A stretch of DNA of 64,000 bases from Marine Group III euryarchaeote CG-Epi1. GTDB lineage: Archaea > Thermoplasmatota > Poseidoniia > MGIII > CG-Epi1. The position numbers were made by a program, and so were the translations under genes. The notes below the pieces were generated by a model. The model worked only from the letters and a program-made list of their open reading frames with translations, ran no database searches and was not told the DNA's origin. Within the stretch, counting starts at the first letter, position 1, and every line of letters begins with the position of its first letter. Below, piece by piece: positions 20,956 through 29,887 of the stretch. The stretch covers positions 1,579 through 65,578 of the forward strand of contig MIZA01000019.1 of assembly GCA_001875345.1 (NCBI GenBank), given 5' to 3'.

Positions 20956-23636
20956 AAATCAATTCAGATTTGCTAAAAGCATTAGAAACACGAGGACTTT
21001 CCGAGCCGACACTAGCTCAATCTTCAACTTGGCCAGTAATTGATTCAGGTTCCAATGTTCTTTTGATCGCGCCAACTGGAGTTGGAAAGACCGAAGCAGC
21101 TATGGTTCCTTTGTTTCATAGACTTTTGGAGACTGAACTCAAGCCAATTAGCATTCTATACATTACACCTCTTCGCTCTTTGAACAGAGACATGCTTCGT
21201 AGATTGGAAGATATTGGCTCAGAACTTGGAATTAGCGTGGCTGTAAGACACGGAGATACTTCACAGTCAGAAAGGAGTCGACAATCTCGTAATCCTCCAC
21301 AAATATTGATCACTACTCCTGAAACTTTGCAAATTATGCTTTCGGGGAAGAGACTGCGAAAGAATCTTTCTGGAGTTGAAGCTGTAGTAATAGATGAAGT
21401 TCATGAGTTGGCTTCAAGTGAAAGAGGCGCTCAGCTGAGCATAGCTCTTGAGAGATTGGCTTTACTTGCAGGAGATTTCCAAAGAGTAGGTCTAAGTGCT
21501 ACAGTCGGAACCCCTAAGGAAGTATCATCATTTTTAGTAGGAGATAGAGATGTCCAAATTTTAACTCCTAAACTTGAAAGAAACATGGATCTATTGGTAC
21601 ATGCGCCTGAGCCAGTGTCTGATGATGATGAACTAGTAAATGAGTTGTATTGGGAACCAGAACGAGTTGCAGCCCTCAGATATTCTGCAAAAGCCTCAGA
21701 AATGGGGCCTACGTTACTTTTTGTTAACACTAGAGATACAGCTGAAGCAATGGGAGTCCGATGGAATATGTGGGATCCTGATGCAAGTATCCATGTACAT
21801 CACGGTTCATTGAGTAAAGATGTGAGAATAGATGCAGAGGAGGATTATCGAAAAGGCTCTGTTAATACTCTGATATGTACTTCATCCTTAGAATTGGGAA
21901 TCGACGTAGGAAATACAGCATTAGTAATTCAATATAATTCACCAAGGGACGCTTCTCGCATGAGTCAAAGGTTAGGAAGATCAGGACATAAGATCAAGGA
22001 AACTGCTATCGGAAGAATAGTATCTACCGAAGAAACTCAAATTTTAGAGTCTGCAGTTATTGCTCGTCGAACTCTATCAGGAGAATTAGAGCCGTCAAGA
22101 ATCCGTGAAATGCCGTTGGCAGTTCTTGCAAATCAAATAATTTCCTGGACAGTCTGTGATAAAAATGTGGATAAGAAAACATTTTTGGACACAATTAAAC
22201 GAGCTTACCCTTTTAAGAAATTTAACGAGGAAAACCTAACAGACATGCTCGATTTATTGGATAAGGTCCATCAAAATCGAACAATTGGTAAAGCAGTTAG
22301 ACAAGGCCCTAGGGCAATGAAATATTTCCATGGTAACTTGTCATTAATCCCAGACCAGCGAACTTCAGGGGTAAGAGATATCACAACTAGAAAGATGATA
22401 GGAAGACTAGATGAACGTTTTATTCTAGATCTTGTCCCTGGAGATAAAATAGTTTTCAGAGGTTCAGTATGGGCCGTAGTTGAAATTGATGAAGAGGTGA
22501 CAGTTTCTCCTTCATCATCTTTAGGCGAATTGCCAAGATGGATTGGTGAGGATATTCCAGTTCCCTTTTCTGTTGCGCAAGAGGCATCCCAAAGATTGTC
22601 AGACGGAAATTGGGCCGGTTTACCAATTACTCGAGAGGCATTAGATGTACTTCAAAAATATCATGAAGATATAGCTGACGCAGGAGTAATGCCATCACCT
22701 TCATGTCTAACTGTTGAGCAACATGAAAGGTTATTCATCTTGAACTATCCTGGTGGAAGCAGATTAAACCGTACAATAGGTATGATAGTTACTGCAATGT
22801 TAACTGCAAAAAGTGGATATAAAATAGGATTTCAATTTGATCCTTACAGGATTATTCTAGATGTTCCTGCTAGAACAACTGTTAAAGATTTACTTGCCAT
22901 TTTGAAAGGCTTTGTTCCTGAGGTAGGTAGTTTGTTAAGATTTGCGATAAAAGATAGTCCTTCCTTGAAACCACAACTTCTTCATTCAGCAAGGAAAATG
23001 GGAGCTATTGCTCCAGATGCAGATATTGGAAAGTTTGGTATGAAAAAATTAATGGAGGCGTATTCGGATACTCCACTATACACAGAAGCAGTTGAAAGAT
23101 TTTTATTTCATCAATTAGACGAAAACGGAATGGAAGATTTTATCCACCAAATCAATTCTGGAGATATTTCTATAAAACTCTCTCCGAAAACTCCCCATGG
23201 ACATGCAGGTTTAGATCCTTACAGAGACTACCTCAAGCCTCCTAAATCAGATAGTTCCGTAGTTACAGCTGTAAAAAGACGTTTACATCGAACAGATTTA
23301 TCTCTTAGATGTTTATCTTGTGACAATTCTAGAAAAAGAAAAGTAAAGATGATTACTAAGCATGAATTAGTATGTCCAAATTGTAACAGTAGAATGATAG
23401 CTTTACTTCATCCAATGGAGCTTAACCGAGAAGTGAGTAACAAGAAACTAACTAAGTCAGCTTCATTGGCAAGATCTCACGGCGAAAGAGCAGCTTTAGT
23501 AATTGCAGGAAGAGGTATTGGCCCAGATACTGCAGGTAGAATTTTGAGAAAGCAGTTGAGAGATGAATCAGATTTAGTTAAGGCCATAATCGAAGCTGAA
23601 ATCACATATGCAAGAACAAGACGCTTCTGGGATTAA
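20952..23636 (+). CDS. lhr: Lhr-type DEAD/DEAH-box (superfamily 2) ATP-dependent helicase with C-terminal zinc ribbon
   Basis: Walker A APTGVGKTEA, DEVH (VVIDEVHEL), SAT (LSATVG), HHGSLSKDVR...LICTSSLELGIDVG and QRLGRSGH. C-terminal CLSCDN...CPNCNS. Confidence 0.9.
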   Translation: MKINSDLLKALETRGLSEPTLAQSSTWPVIDSGSNVLLIAPTGVGKTEAAMVPLFHRLLETELKPISILYITPLRSLNRDMLRRLEDIGSELGISVAVRHGDTSQSERSRQSRNPPQILITTPETLQIMLSGKRLRKNLSGVEAVVIDEVHELASSERGAQLSIALERLALLAGDFQRVGLSATVGTPKEVSSFLVGDRDVQILTPKLERNMDLLVHAPEPVSDDDELVNELYWEPERVAALRYSAKASEMGPTLLFVNTRDTAEAMGVRWNMWDPDASIHVHHGSLSKDVRIDAEEDYRKGSVNTLICTSSLELGIDVGNTALVIQYNSPRDASRMSQRLGRSGHKIKETAIGRIVSTEETQILESAVIARRTLSGELEPSRIREMPLAVLANQIISWTVCDKNVDKKTFLDTIKRAYPFKKFNEENLTDMLDLLDKVHQNRTIGKAVRQGPRAMKYFHGNLSLIPDQRTSGVRDITTRKMIGRLDERFILDLVPGDKIVFRGSVWAVVEIDEEVTVSPSSSLGELPRWIGEDIPVPFSVAQEASQRLSDGNWAGLPITREALDVLQKYHEDIADAGVMPSPSCLTVEQHERLFILNYPGGSRLNRTIGMIVTAMLTAKSGYKIGFQFDPYRIILDVPARTTVKDLLAILKGFVPEVGSLLRFAIKDSPSLKPQLLHSARKMGAIAPDADIGKFGMKKLMEAYSDTPLYTEAVERFLFHQLDENGMEDFIHQINSGDISIKLSPKTPHGHAGLDPYRDYLKPPKSDSSVVTAVKRRLHRTDLSLRCLSCDNSRKRKVKMITKHELVCPNCNSRMIALLHPMELNREVSNKKLTKSASLARSHGERAALVIAGRGIGPDTAGRILRKQLRDESDLVKAIIEAEITYARTRRFWD

Positions 23637-23721
23637 TAGATAATTCTGCCTTCATACTTATTAACTGTAGTCTTGAGTCAGTATCAAGGCATTTACAATA
23701 GTAAATTCCAAATCATCGGGG

Positions 23722-25338
23722 ATGAATGTAATGAAAGAATCTACTAAATCTGAGAAACCATTACCATCTTTCGCAATCTTTGGAATAGCTCTTTACTTAT
23801 TTTGTTATATTTCAGTTGCAATTTGGGGGTATTATGTTGTAAATGGAATAGCAATGACAATTTCTTTTTTGATAGTATACTATTATTTAGATTTAATAAT
23901 AGATAAGATAAATTTTTTGAAGAATTCAGATTACAGAAAGCAAATGTATTTTCTCTTCTTTTTATCTATAATTCTTAGATTCGGATGGTTAGGCCAAGAT
24001 CAGGTAATTACCAGAGACATAGACTTCTATGTGGAGCGTTCTCAAGCACTTGTAGATGGTCAAAAACCATATATCGAAAGAGCTGACATCAACAAACCAC
24101 CTCTTTTTGCTCTATATATTTGGATAATTGGCTTCTCTACTGATGTCGTTAACAATTTTTTGTCAACAGATATTAGCTACTACACTTCATTCAGAATGGT
24201 CTCTAGTATTGGCGATTCATTAGTAGTTATTGGAATTTTTTGGATTGCTTATGAAAATTATTCTAAGAAACATGCCCAATATGCAGCCATTAGTTATGCA
24301 ATATTTCCTATAGCAATTGAAACATCAGGTTTGTCAGGACATTATGATCCATTTGTAATTTTGTGCACGTTAATACCTTTGAAGCTTCTCTGGCCAGAGG
24401 AAAAATCACAGAGGTTAGATTCTATTTACATTCTGTCAGGTTTTTTGATAGGTTTAGGAATAGCTCTGAAATTTTATCCAGTAGTTATGATACCTTTCTT
24501 CTTGTTCATAATATATTCATGGAGAGGTCGGATTTTATTTTCAGGAGGGTTGCCTATCGCTTCGATTTTATCTTATGGCATTTTAGAGATGAGATACCCT
24601 GGTGCAGTCAAAGTATACCGAGAATACCAAGGAGGAACTTGGATGGGTGAGTGGATGAAATCATTTGCAAGTGCTTTCTATGAATTTACAGGTTCTTCAG
24701 AGGTTTTGGGTTTATCGTTCAATAATGTATTTATTTCATTATTTGGAATCATGGGTTTTATTATGGTCTTAGGTTGGATTTCAGCCAGACATCTAACTGG
24801 TGTCGAAGTTTCTCGTTATGATAATGAAACTAATGCATTCACTAATCTTCTGATGTGGTTTGTGAAAAAATGGGATACAGTGATTTCTAGTAACGATTTG
24901 AAAACAGAGTCAGGTTGGACTATTTTTTCAATTAAAGTTATTAGTTTTTCTTTTATTGCTTATTATGGTTCACAAGTTGCAGCTGGATTTTACCTCTATG
25001 AGGGCGGCTTGGGTCTAAATCCACCCTGGCTATATGCTCTAGAATTTTTGGCATTCTACACTGTTATTGTATTCTTTTTGTACAAAAGTTGTTCCACTTA
25101 TTTTGATAACATCAAGCTTTCATCAGAAGAATCATTCGTTTTGATGCTTGGTTTAGGGGTTATGGTATTAATGTTCGGAAGTCCAGATTATCCAACTTGG
25201 TACATTTGTTGGTATGCTCCATTTGTAATGATTGCACCGACCTACCAAACTAGAATGGCTTTAATGCTTCTCTTAGTGTGGAATTTCCCTGGAGACAGTA
25301 TTGCACTTTTACCCGATTACGTTGTTGAGGCAAATTAA
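23722..25338 (+). CDS. GT-C-fold integral-membrane glycosyltransferase (DUF2029/ArnT/PMT-like)
   Basis: More than 10 hydrophobic segments. The first extracytoplasmic loop, DIDFYVERSQALVDGQKPYIE...NKPPLFALYIW, resembles the acidic-loop/'PY..YPPL' signature of polyprenol-phosphate-sugar-dependent GT-C enzymes. Its stop overlaps the next start (TAATG 25336-25340). Confidence 0.55.
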   Translation: MNVMKESTKSEKPLPSFAIFGIALYLFCYISVAIWGYYVVNGIAMTISFLIVYYYLDLIIDKINFLKNSDYRKQMYFLFFLSIILRFGWLGQDQVITRDIDFYVERSQALVDGQKPYIERADINKPPLFALYIWIIGFSTDVVNNFLSTDISYYTSFRMVSSIGDSLVVIGIFWIAYENYSKKHAQYAAISYAIFPIAIETSGLSGHYDPFVILCTLIPLKLLWPEEKSQRLDSIYILSGFLIGLGIALKFYPVVMIPFFLFIIYSWRGRILFSGGLPIASILSYGILEMRYPGAVKVYREYQGGTWMGEWMKSFASAFYEFTGSSEVLGLSFNNVFISLFGIMGFIMVLGWISARHLTGVEVSRYDNETNAFTNLLMWFVKKWDTVISSNDLKTESGWTIFSIKVISFSFIAYYGSQVAAGFYLYEGGLGLNPPWLYALEFLAFYTVIVFFLYKSCSTYFDNIKLSSEESFVLMLGLGVMVLMFGSPDYPTWYICWYAPFVMIAPTYQTRMALMLLLVWNFPGDSIALLPDYVVEAN

Positions 25339-26168
25339 TGGTTGACAATTCTAATAAATTGAAAAACGGATGGTTAAAACCAGGCTCAAAGATTAGTATT
25401 GTTGTTCCGTGCTATAATGAGGAAGAATGCCTTACAGCTTTAGCAAGAGAGATGAAGCTAGCTCTCGATCCTCTTGATTATGATTGGGAAGTACTTTTGA
25501 TAAATGATTGCTCAACAGATAGCACTTGGACTATGATGAAAGTTATTAATCACTGGGATTCTCGTTTCAAAGGCATTCACTTAGCTTACAACAGTGGCCA
25601 AACAGCAGGCACACTTGCAGGCATTCGTAATTCAAATGGAGATGCAGTGATAACAATGGATGCAGATTTACAGCATCATCCTAGAGACATTCCAAAAGTA
25701 TTAGAGCTTTTGAACGAAGGGAATGCAGTAGTTTCTAGTTGGAGATATGACAGAGCCGATGAGCCTGCAGGGAAAAGAATCCCTTCTAGGATTTCAAATA
25801 GTTTAGCTAGACTTATGACGGGAGTACCTGCACATGATTTTGGATCAGGATTCAAGGGGTATTATGCGCCTAGACTAAGGGATTTGATTCTTTATGGTTC
25901 ATTTCACAGATATATTCCTGCACTTATTTTACAGCCTCAAGATACCTTAGGTGAAGTAAGAATAGATTATAGAGATAGAATAGGTGGAAAAACGAAATAT
26001 GGAGCCACCCGTATCCTTAAGGGTGTCAGAGATTTAATTTACATAACAATGATAACTCGTCTGAAGGGTAATATTCTTGCTAATTTATATGCAAATTTCA
26101 TGGTTTATTTACATTATGATCAGGGCAGAGATACGTATCGTATTGCCTCAAAAATTGGGTTTGATTAA
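25338..26168 (+). CDS. GT2-family polyprenol-phosphate glycosyltransferase (DPM1/ArnC-like)
   Basis: ISIVVPCYNEEECL, LLINDCSTDST and ITMDADLQHHPRDIP (the DxD-type motif of Dpm1/ArnC-like GT2 enzymes). Confidence 0.85.
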   Translation: MVDNSNKLKNGWLKPGSKISIVVPCYNEEECLTALAREMKLALDPLDYDWEVLLINDCSTDSTWTMMKVINHWDSRFKGIHLAYNSGQTAGTLAGIRNSNGDAVITMDADLQHHPRDIPKVLELLNEGNAVVSSWRYDRADEPAGKRIPSRISNSLARLMTGVPAHDFGSGFKGYYAPRLRDLILYGSFHRYIPALILQPQDTLGEVRIDYRDRIGGKTKYGATRILKGVRDLIYITMITRLKGNILANLYANFMVYLHYDQGRDTYRIASKIGFD

Positions 26169-26969
26169 TTGACTAAATCCAATAATTTTAAGCTTTTATT
26201 AACTATTGATTTCGAAGAGCAACGTCGTCTTGAAAAGGCAGGATTTCCGAAGGAAGCAATTGAAGAATCCCTAAAAGGTACTTATCAAATTGTAGAATTA
26301 TTTGAGAAACTAGGAATAAAGGCAACTTGGTTTACTACAGCAGCAATAGGTTTAGCAGATACTAAGATATTCAAGAGATTAGTTGCTTCAGGACAGGAAA
26401 TAGCATTGCATGCATTACACGATCGTGATGATTACAATAAAATGCCGGAGGATAAAGCACGTAAGCGTCTTCAGAAAGCTAAAGATATTGTAGAATCAAT
26501 ATCTGGTCAAAAGACCGTTGGTTTTCGTGCACCTAGATTTCAGCATCCTTCATTAAAAGTTATAAAAGATCTAGGTTTCAAATATGATAGTTCACTTCAT
26601 CCAAGCCCAATGCCAGGAAGATATTCCGGTAAAGGAAAACTAGTTCCTCATGTTGATGAAGAGAGCGGTTTGACTGTTTTACCAGTATCTGTAGTTCCAG
26701 GTCTTAGATTACCATTATCTTGGATTTGGTTTAGAATGCTTCCTAAAGGATATATGAGATGGGGTGCCTCTCTTGTTGAGGCTAATTTTGATTATTTATG
26801 CCTATATTTTCATCCTTGGGATTTTGTTGATTTATCTAAATACAAAAGTTCTTTTCCTGCGGGTTTTACAGTAGGTGGAAAGAGTGCAATTAATGATATG
26901 GAAGACTTTCTAAAATGGGGATTAGAAAAAGGTTGGAAATCTATGACAATTCAAGATTATCTTGACTAA
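26169..26969 (+). CDS. Polysaccharide deacetylase/deformylase family (CE4 NodB-like, ArnD-like)
   Basis: LLLTIDFEE, ATWFTTA, GQEIALHALHD, GFRAPRFQ and YDSSLHPSP. The apparent start is a TTG immediately after the GT2 stop. Confidence 0.7.
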   Translation: MTKSNNFKLLLTIDFEEQRRLEKAGFPKEAIEESLKGTYQIVELFEKLGIKATWFTTAAIGLADTKIFKRLVASGQEIALHALHDRDDYNKMPEDKARKRLQKAKDIVESISGQKTVGFRAPRFQHPSLKVIKDLGFKYDSSLHPSPMPGRYSGKGKLVPHVDEESGLTVLPVSVVPGLRLPLSWIWFRMLPKGYMRWGASLVEANFDYLCLYFHPWDFVDLSKYKSSFPAGFTVGGKSAINDMEDFLKWGLEKGWKSMTIQDYLD

Positions 26970-27940
26970 TCTGATTTTTCTTCTTCAGGCATACCGGTAA
27001 TTCCCATTGAAAGTATACCCATTGGGACTGATAATGTCAAAGAAGTAGCAACTTCAACAATACCGATTGTAATTGCTTGTGCTTCGTCGATATTTGCAGA
27101 GGATAAAACAAGTGTAGCAATTGCAATGTTTCCAACTCCGAATGGTAAGAAAGTACCAATTGAATAAACCAAACCTGAAGCTAGAATAATTAGTCCTGCA
27201 GCTTCAAAATTTCCAGTTACAGCATACACAATTAATCCAAATCTTATTGAGGCATTAATCCAAATAACGAGAGTAACTAAGAATGCTTTAATTGCAATTT
27301 CACGTTTTTCGCGTAATTGTTCTAATCCAGTTTGGAATTGAAGAATCCAACCATGAATCTTTTGCATTAGTTTTGGCTTTGATTCTGCAGGTTCGAAAAA
27401 AGCTGTTACAATTTTGAGAGGTTTAGGATGTAATGCAAAGGTCAGTAATGTTGTTAGAATGATACACAAAGCCCCAACAGAGATGAGGAGATTCTGCCCA
27501 TCTCCATGATTTAGAATTGGTAATAGGAACCATAATCCACTAACACTTAGGCACATTAAAACAGTTAAATCAATCAATCTTTCGCTAAATATAGTTGATA
27601 ATCCTTCACCAGTGGGTGTTCCTTTTTTGTATCTAAGAAGCATAACTCTTAGAGGTTCACCACTAACACCACCTGGAGTTGTATTATTGACAGCTAAACC
27701 GCATAGAAATAATCTTACCGCTTCCACATATCCTAACTGAGTTCCTATCGATGAAACAATCAATCTCCATCGCATTGCTTTGATTACCGTATTGATTAAG
27801 TAGAGAATTACAGCTAAAATTAGCAATGAAAATTCAATCTCAGACATTGCATCAATTATCTTGTCTGGCTCAATAGCGTAGATAAGTCCAATTAGAGTGA
27901 CGAACGCAAGTCCGAACATTCCAATCTTTAGCCAGTTCAT
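26966..27940 (-). CDS. Flippase-like membrane protein (UPF0104 / LPG-synthase-TM family)
   Basis: About 8 TM helices. The N-terminal pattern LLILAVILYLINTVIKAMRWRLIV is typical of this family, which commonly accompanies GT2 genes. Confidence 0.6.
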   Translation of the reverse strand: MNWLKIGMFGLAFVTLIGLIYAIEPDKIIDAMSEIEFSLLILAVILYLINTVIKAMRWRLIVSSIGTQLGYVEAVRLFLCGLAVNNTTPGGVSGEPLRVMLLRYKKGTPTGEGLSTIFSERLIDLTVLMCLSVSGLWFLLPILNHGDGQNLLISVGALCIILTTLLTFALHPKPLKIVTAFFEPAESKPKLMQKIHGWILQFQTGLEQLREKREIAIKAFLVTLVIWINASIRFGLIVYAVTGNFEAAGLIILASGLVYSIGTFLPFGVGNIAIATLVLSSANIDEAQAITIGIVEVATSLTLSVPMGILSMGITGMPEEEKSD

Positions 27941-27956
27941 CTTTGGTTAAAGATGT

Positions 27957-27967
27957 CCTCTATAAGG
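27957..27967 (-). promoter_or_regulatory. TATA-like box for the flippase-like gene
   Basis: On the - strand this reads CCTTATAGAGG, 17-27 nt upstream of ATG (27940). Confidence 0.35.
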
Positions 27968-27990
27968 ATTGACGTTATCTTTTGTGAACA

Positions 27991-28001
27991 TTTTATTATA
28001 A
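27991..28001 (+). promoter_or_regulatory. TATA-like box for the MoeB/rhodanese gene (leaderless GTG start)
   Basis: TTTTATTATAA lies 18-28 nt upstream of GTG 28019. Confidence 0.4.
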
Positions 28002-28018
28002 CAGGACTATAGACCATT

Positions 28019-29068
28019 GTGTTAAACGATAAGGCCAAGCAAATATTCTCTCGCCAGATTACACTGCCAGAGGTTGGTGAGAAAGGTCAAGAAGAATTAG
28101 AAGACACAGGTATTTTGATTGTCGGAATGGGTGGTCTTGGTTGTCCTGTAGCACATTATTTGGTTAGCTCAGGTATAGGATACTTGACTTTAATGGATCC
28201 TGATAAAGTTGAATTATCAAATTTATCAAGGCAGCCCCTTTATTCAGAGGCTGATGTTGGTAATTTGAAGGTAGATACAGCTAAGAAAGTGTTGGCTAAT
28301 ATGAACCCTACAGCAGTTATTAATGAAGTTTCGGAAGAATTGAATAAAGATAATGCATTAACTTATGTTAGCTCTCACGATTTTGTTATTGATTGTACAG
28401 ATAACGTAGATTCAAGATATATCCTTTCAGATATTTGTCAGTCAATTGACAAACCATTGATTCATGGTGGAATTAGAGCGTTTGAAGGAAATACTGGAGT
28501 TTTTCTTCCAGGTAGTGGCTATTATCGTGCATTATACCCTAAGCCTCCTTCTCCTGAATCAATTCAAGATTGCTCAACTACTGGAGTTCTCAGTAGTTTT
28601 GTCGGTTGGGTTGGGATGCATCAAGCCATGTTAGCGGTTCAATTAGCCTTAGATTTGATTAAAGAATCTTCTTTTTACTTCTTAGATGGTAGAAAGGGTA
28701 CAATTAGACAAGTCGAAGTTCCCGACGCAGTTGTTGAGGAAGCAAAGGAGTTATCGAAAGCATTACCAGATCACATGTCTGCATCTGAGCTAAAGCAAAG
28801 ATTAGATTCAGATAATCCCCCTATGCTAATAGATGTTAGAGGCCTTGCAGAAAGAAACGAGGTTCGCATTGAGGCTACTGACATGCACATTCCTATGGAT
28901 ATATTTGCACAAAGTTTAGAAGCAATTCCAAAAGATGGCAATGTAGTTCTTTATTGTCATTTAGGTATACGCTCTAACGCTGCAAGAGCTTGGGTTGAAT
29001 CACAAGGAATCCCAATAAGCCATTTAAGCGGCGGAATAGAAGCCTGGTTATTTGATCAGGGCTTTTAA
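28019..29068 (+). CDS. ThiF/MoeB/UbaA-type E1-like adenylyltransferase with C-terminal rhodanese domain
   Basis: FSRQI.LPEVGEKGQE.L....ILIVGMGGLGCPVAHYL (nucleotide-binding GxGxxG) and LSNLSRQPLY. Rhodanese active-site loop: VVLYCHLGIRSNAA. Confidence 0.85.
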   Translation: MLNDKAKQIFSRQITLPEVGEKGQEELEDTGILIVGMGGLGCPVAHYLVSSGIGYLTLMDPDKVELSNLSRQPLYSEADVGNLKVDTAKKVLANMNPTAVINEVSEELNKDNALTYVSSHDFVIDCTDNVDSRYILSDICQSIDKPLIHGGIRAFEGNTGVFLPGSGYYRALYPKPPSPESIQDCSTTGVLSSFVGWVGMHQAMLAVQLALDLIKESSFYFLDGRKGTIRQVEVPDAVVEEAKELSKALPDHMSASELKQRLDSDNPPMLIDVRGLAERNEVRIEATDMHIPMDIFAQSLEAIPKDGNVVLYCHLGIRSNAARAWVESQGIPISHLSGGIEAWLFDQGF

Positions 29069-29069
29069 A

Positions 29070-29840
29070 TTATTCAATACCTAATTCTTTTCTATCCACA
29101 ATAGTATATCCTCTAGTCTTCAGAACATCTAAGTAACCGTACCAATAAACCAAAATTCCCTGCCCATAAAGTTCAACATAATCAGAGACCTGACCTCTGT
29201 GATTTTTGCGATGAATATATTCATCACCAAAACTTGCCTTTGATTCAATCCAATTATATTCATCACCGTGCCATTCAATAGGCTTCATTAGTAAAAAGTC
29301 GGGCGTCTTACCTTCAACAGTTCCAGCTCTTAAATCATTTTCAGTAAAATATTCTACTTCTTTGTTATCAAGCCATTTTGCAATAGAATCTTCTTTTCGA
29401 TTTCCTTCCGCAGATTGTTTGTCGTGTGATCTTGGAGTATAGAGTTCATCTCTTCCAATTACTTCATCTAGTTCCTCTTTCAATCTTTTATTATTTTTAA
29501 CAAGATTAGTGTTTTTCATTATTTCCTTAGTCTTCTTCTTAGAAAATCTCATTTTCAACATTAAAAAATTGGCTAATAGTATGGGTGGAAAGTCTATTTC
29601 TAAAGCTAGTTCACCAATAGTCTTGCCTTCTTTCCATTGCTTGTGATATAATCCTGCCTTTTCTTTGACTTTGTAGTGGTTTCGAATAGATTTTCTTTGG
29701 AGATATTGAGATCTAATTGCCCTTGTGGCATCATAGGGCTGACCGAGCTTTTCAGATACTTTATCGACGCCATTATGGACGCCATAACCAGGGTAATTAC
29801 CAAACTCCTTAATCATTTTGTTAAATGTATCTAAATCCAC
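29070..29840 (-). CDS. PD-(D/E)xK nuclease of the 'TPD motif' / CDIN1 (C15orf41)-like family with N-terminal helical (HTH-like) region
   Basis: C-terminal half EGKTPDFLLMKPIEWHGDEYNWIESKASFGD. This gives the TPD motif followed by E-x-K (IESK), the arrangement of restriction-endonuclease-fold enzymes. GTG start. Confidence 0.55.
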   Translation of the reverse strand: MDLDTFNKMIKEFGNYPGYGVHNGVDKVSEKLGQPYDATRAIRSQYLQRKSIRNHYKVKEKAGLYHKQWKEGKTIGELALEIDFPPILLANFLMLKMRFSKKKTKEIMKNTNLVKNNKRLKEELDEVIGRDELYTPRSHDKQSAEGNRKEDSIAKWLDNKEVEYFTENDLRAGTVEGKTPDFLLMKPIEWHGDEYNWIESKASFGDEYIHRKNHRGQVSDYVELYGQGILVYWYGYLDVLKTRGYTIVDRKELGIE

Positions 29841-29856
29841 AAATCGCTAATGGGGT

Positions 29857-29868
29857 CTTATAATAAAG
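29857..29868. promoter_or_regulatory. Single quasi-palindromic TATA box shared by two divergent leaderless genes
   Basis: CTTATAATAAAG is the only strongly TATA-like element I see in the 47-bp intergenic region. It lies 20-31 nt from GTG 29888 (+) and 17-28 nt from GTG 29840 (-). Confidence 0.4.
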
Positions 29869-29887
29869 AGACCGTTCATTAACTATT

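Noticed and set aside
20654-21730. Antisense ORFs within the MPE and Lhr genes (20654-20836, 20664-20933, 21116-21313, 21431-21730)
   Set aside because: They overlap well-supported motif-bearing genes on the other strand and have no motifs of their own.
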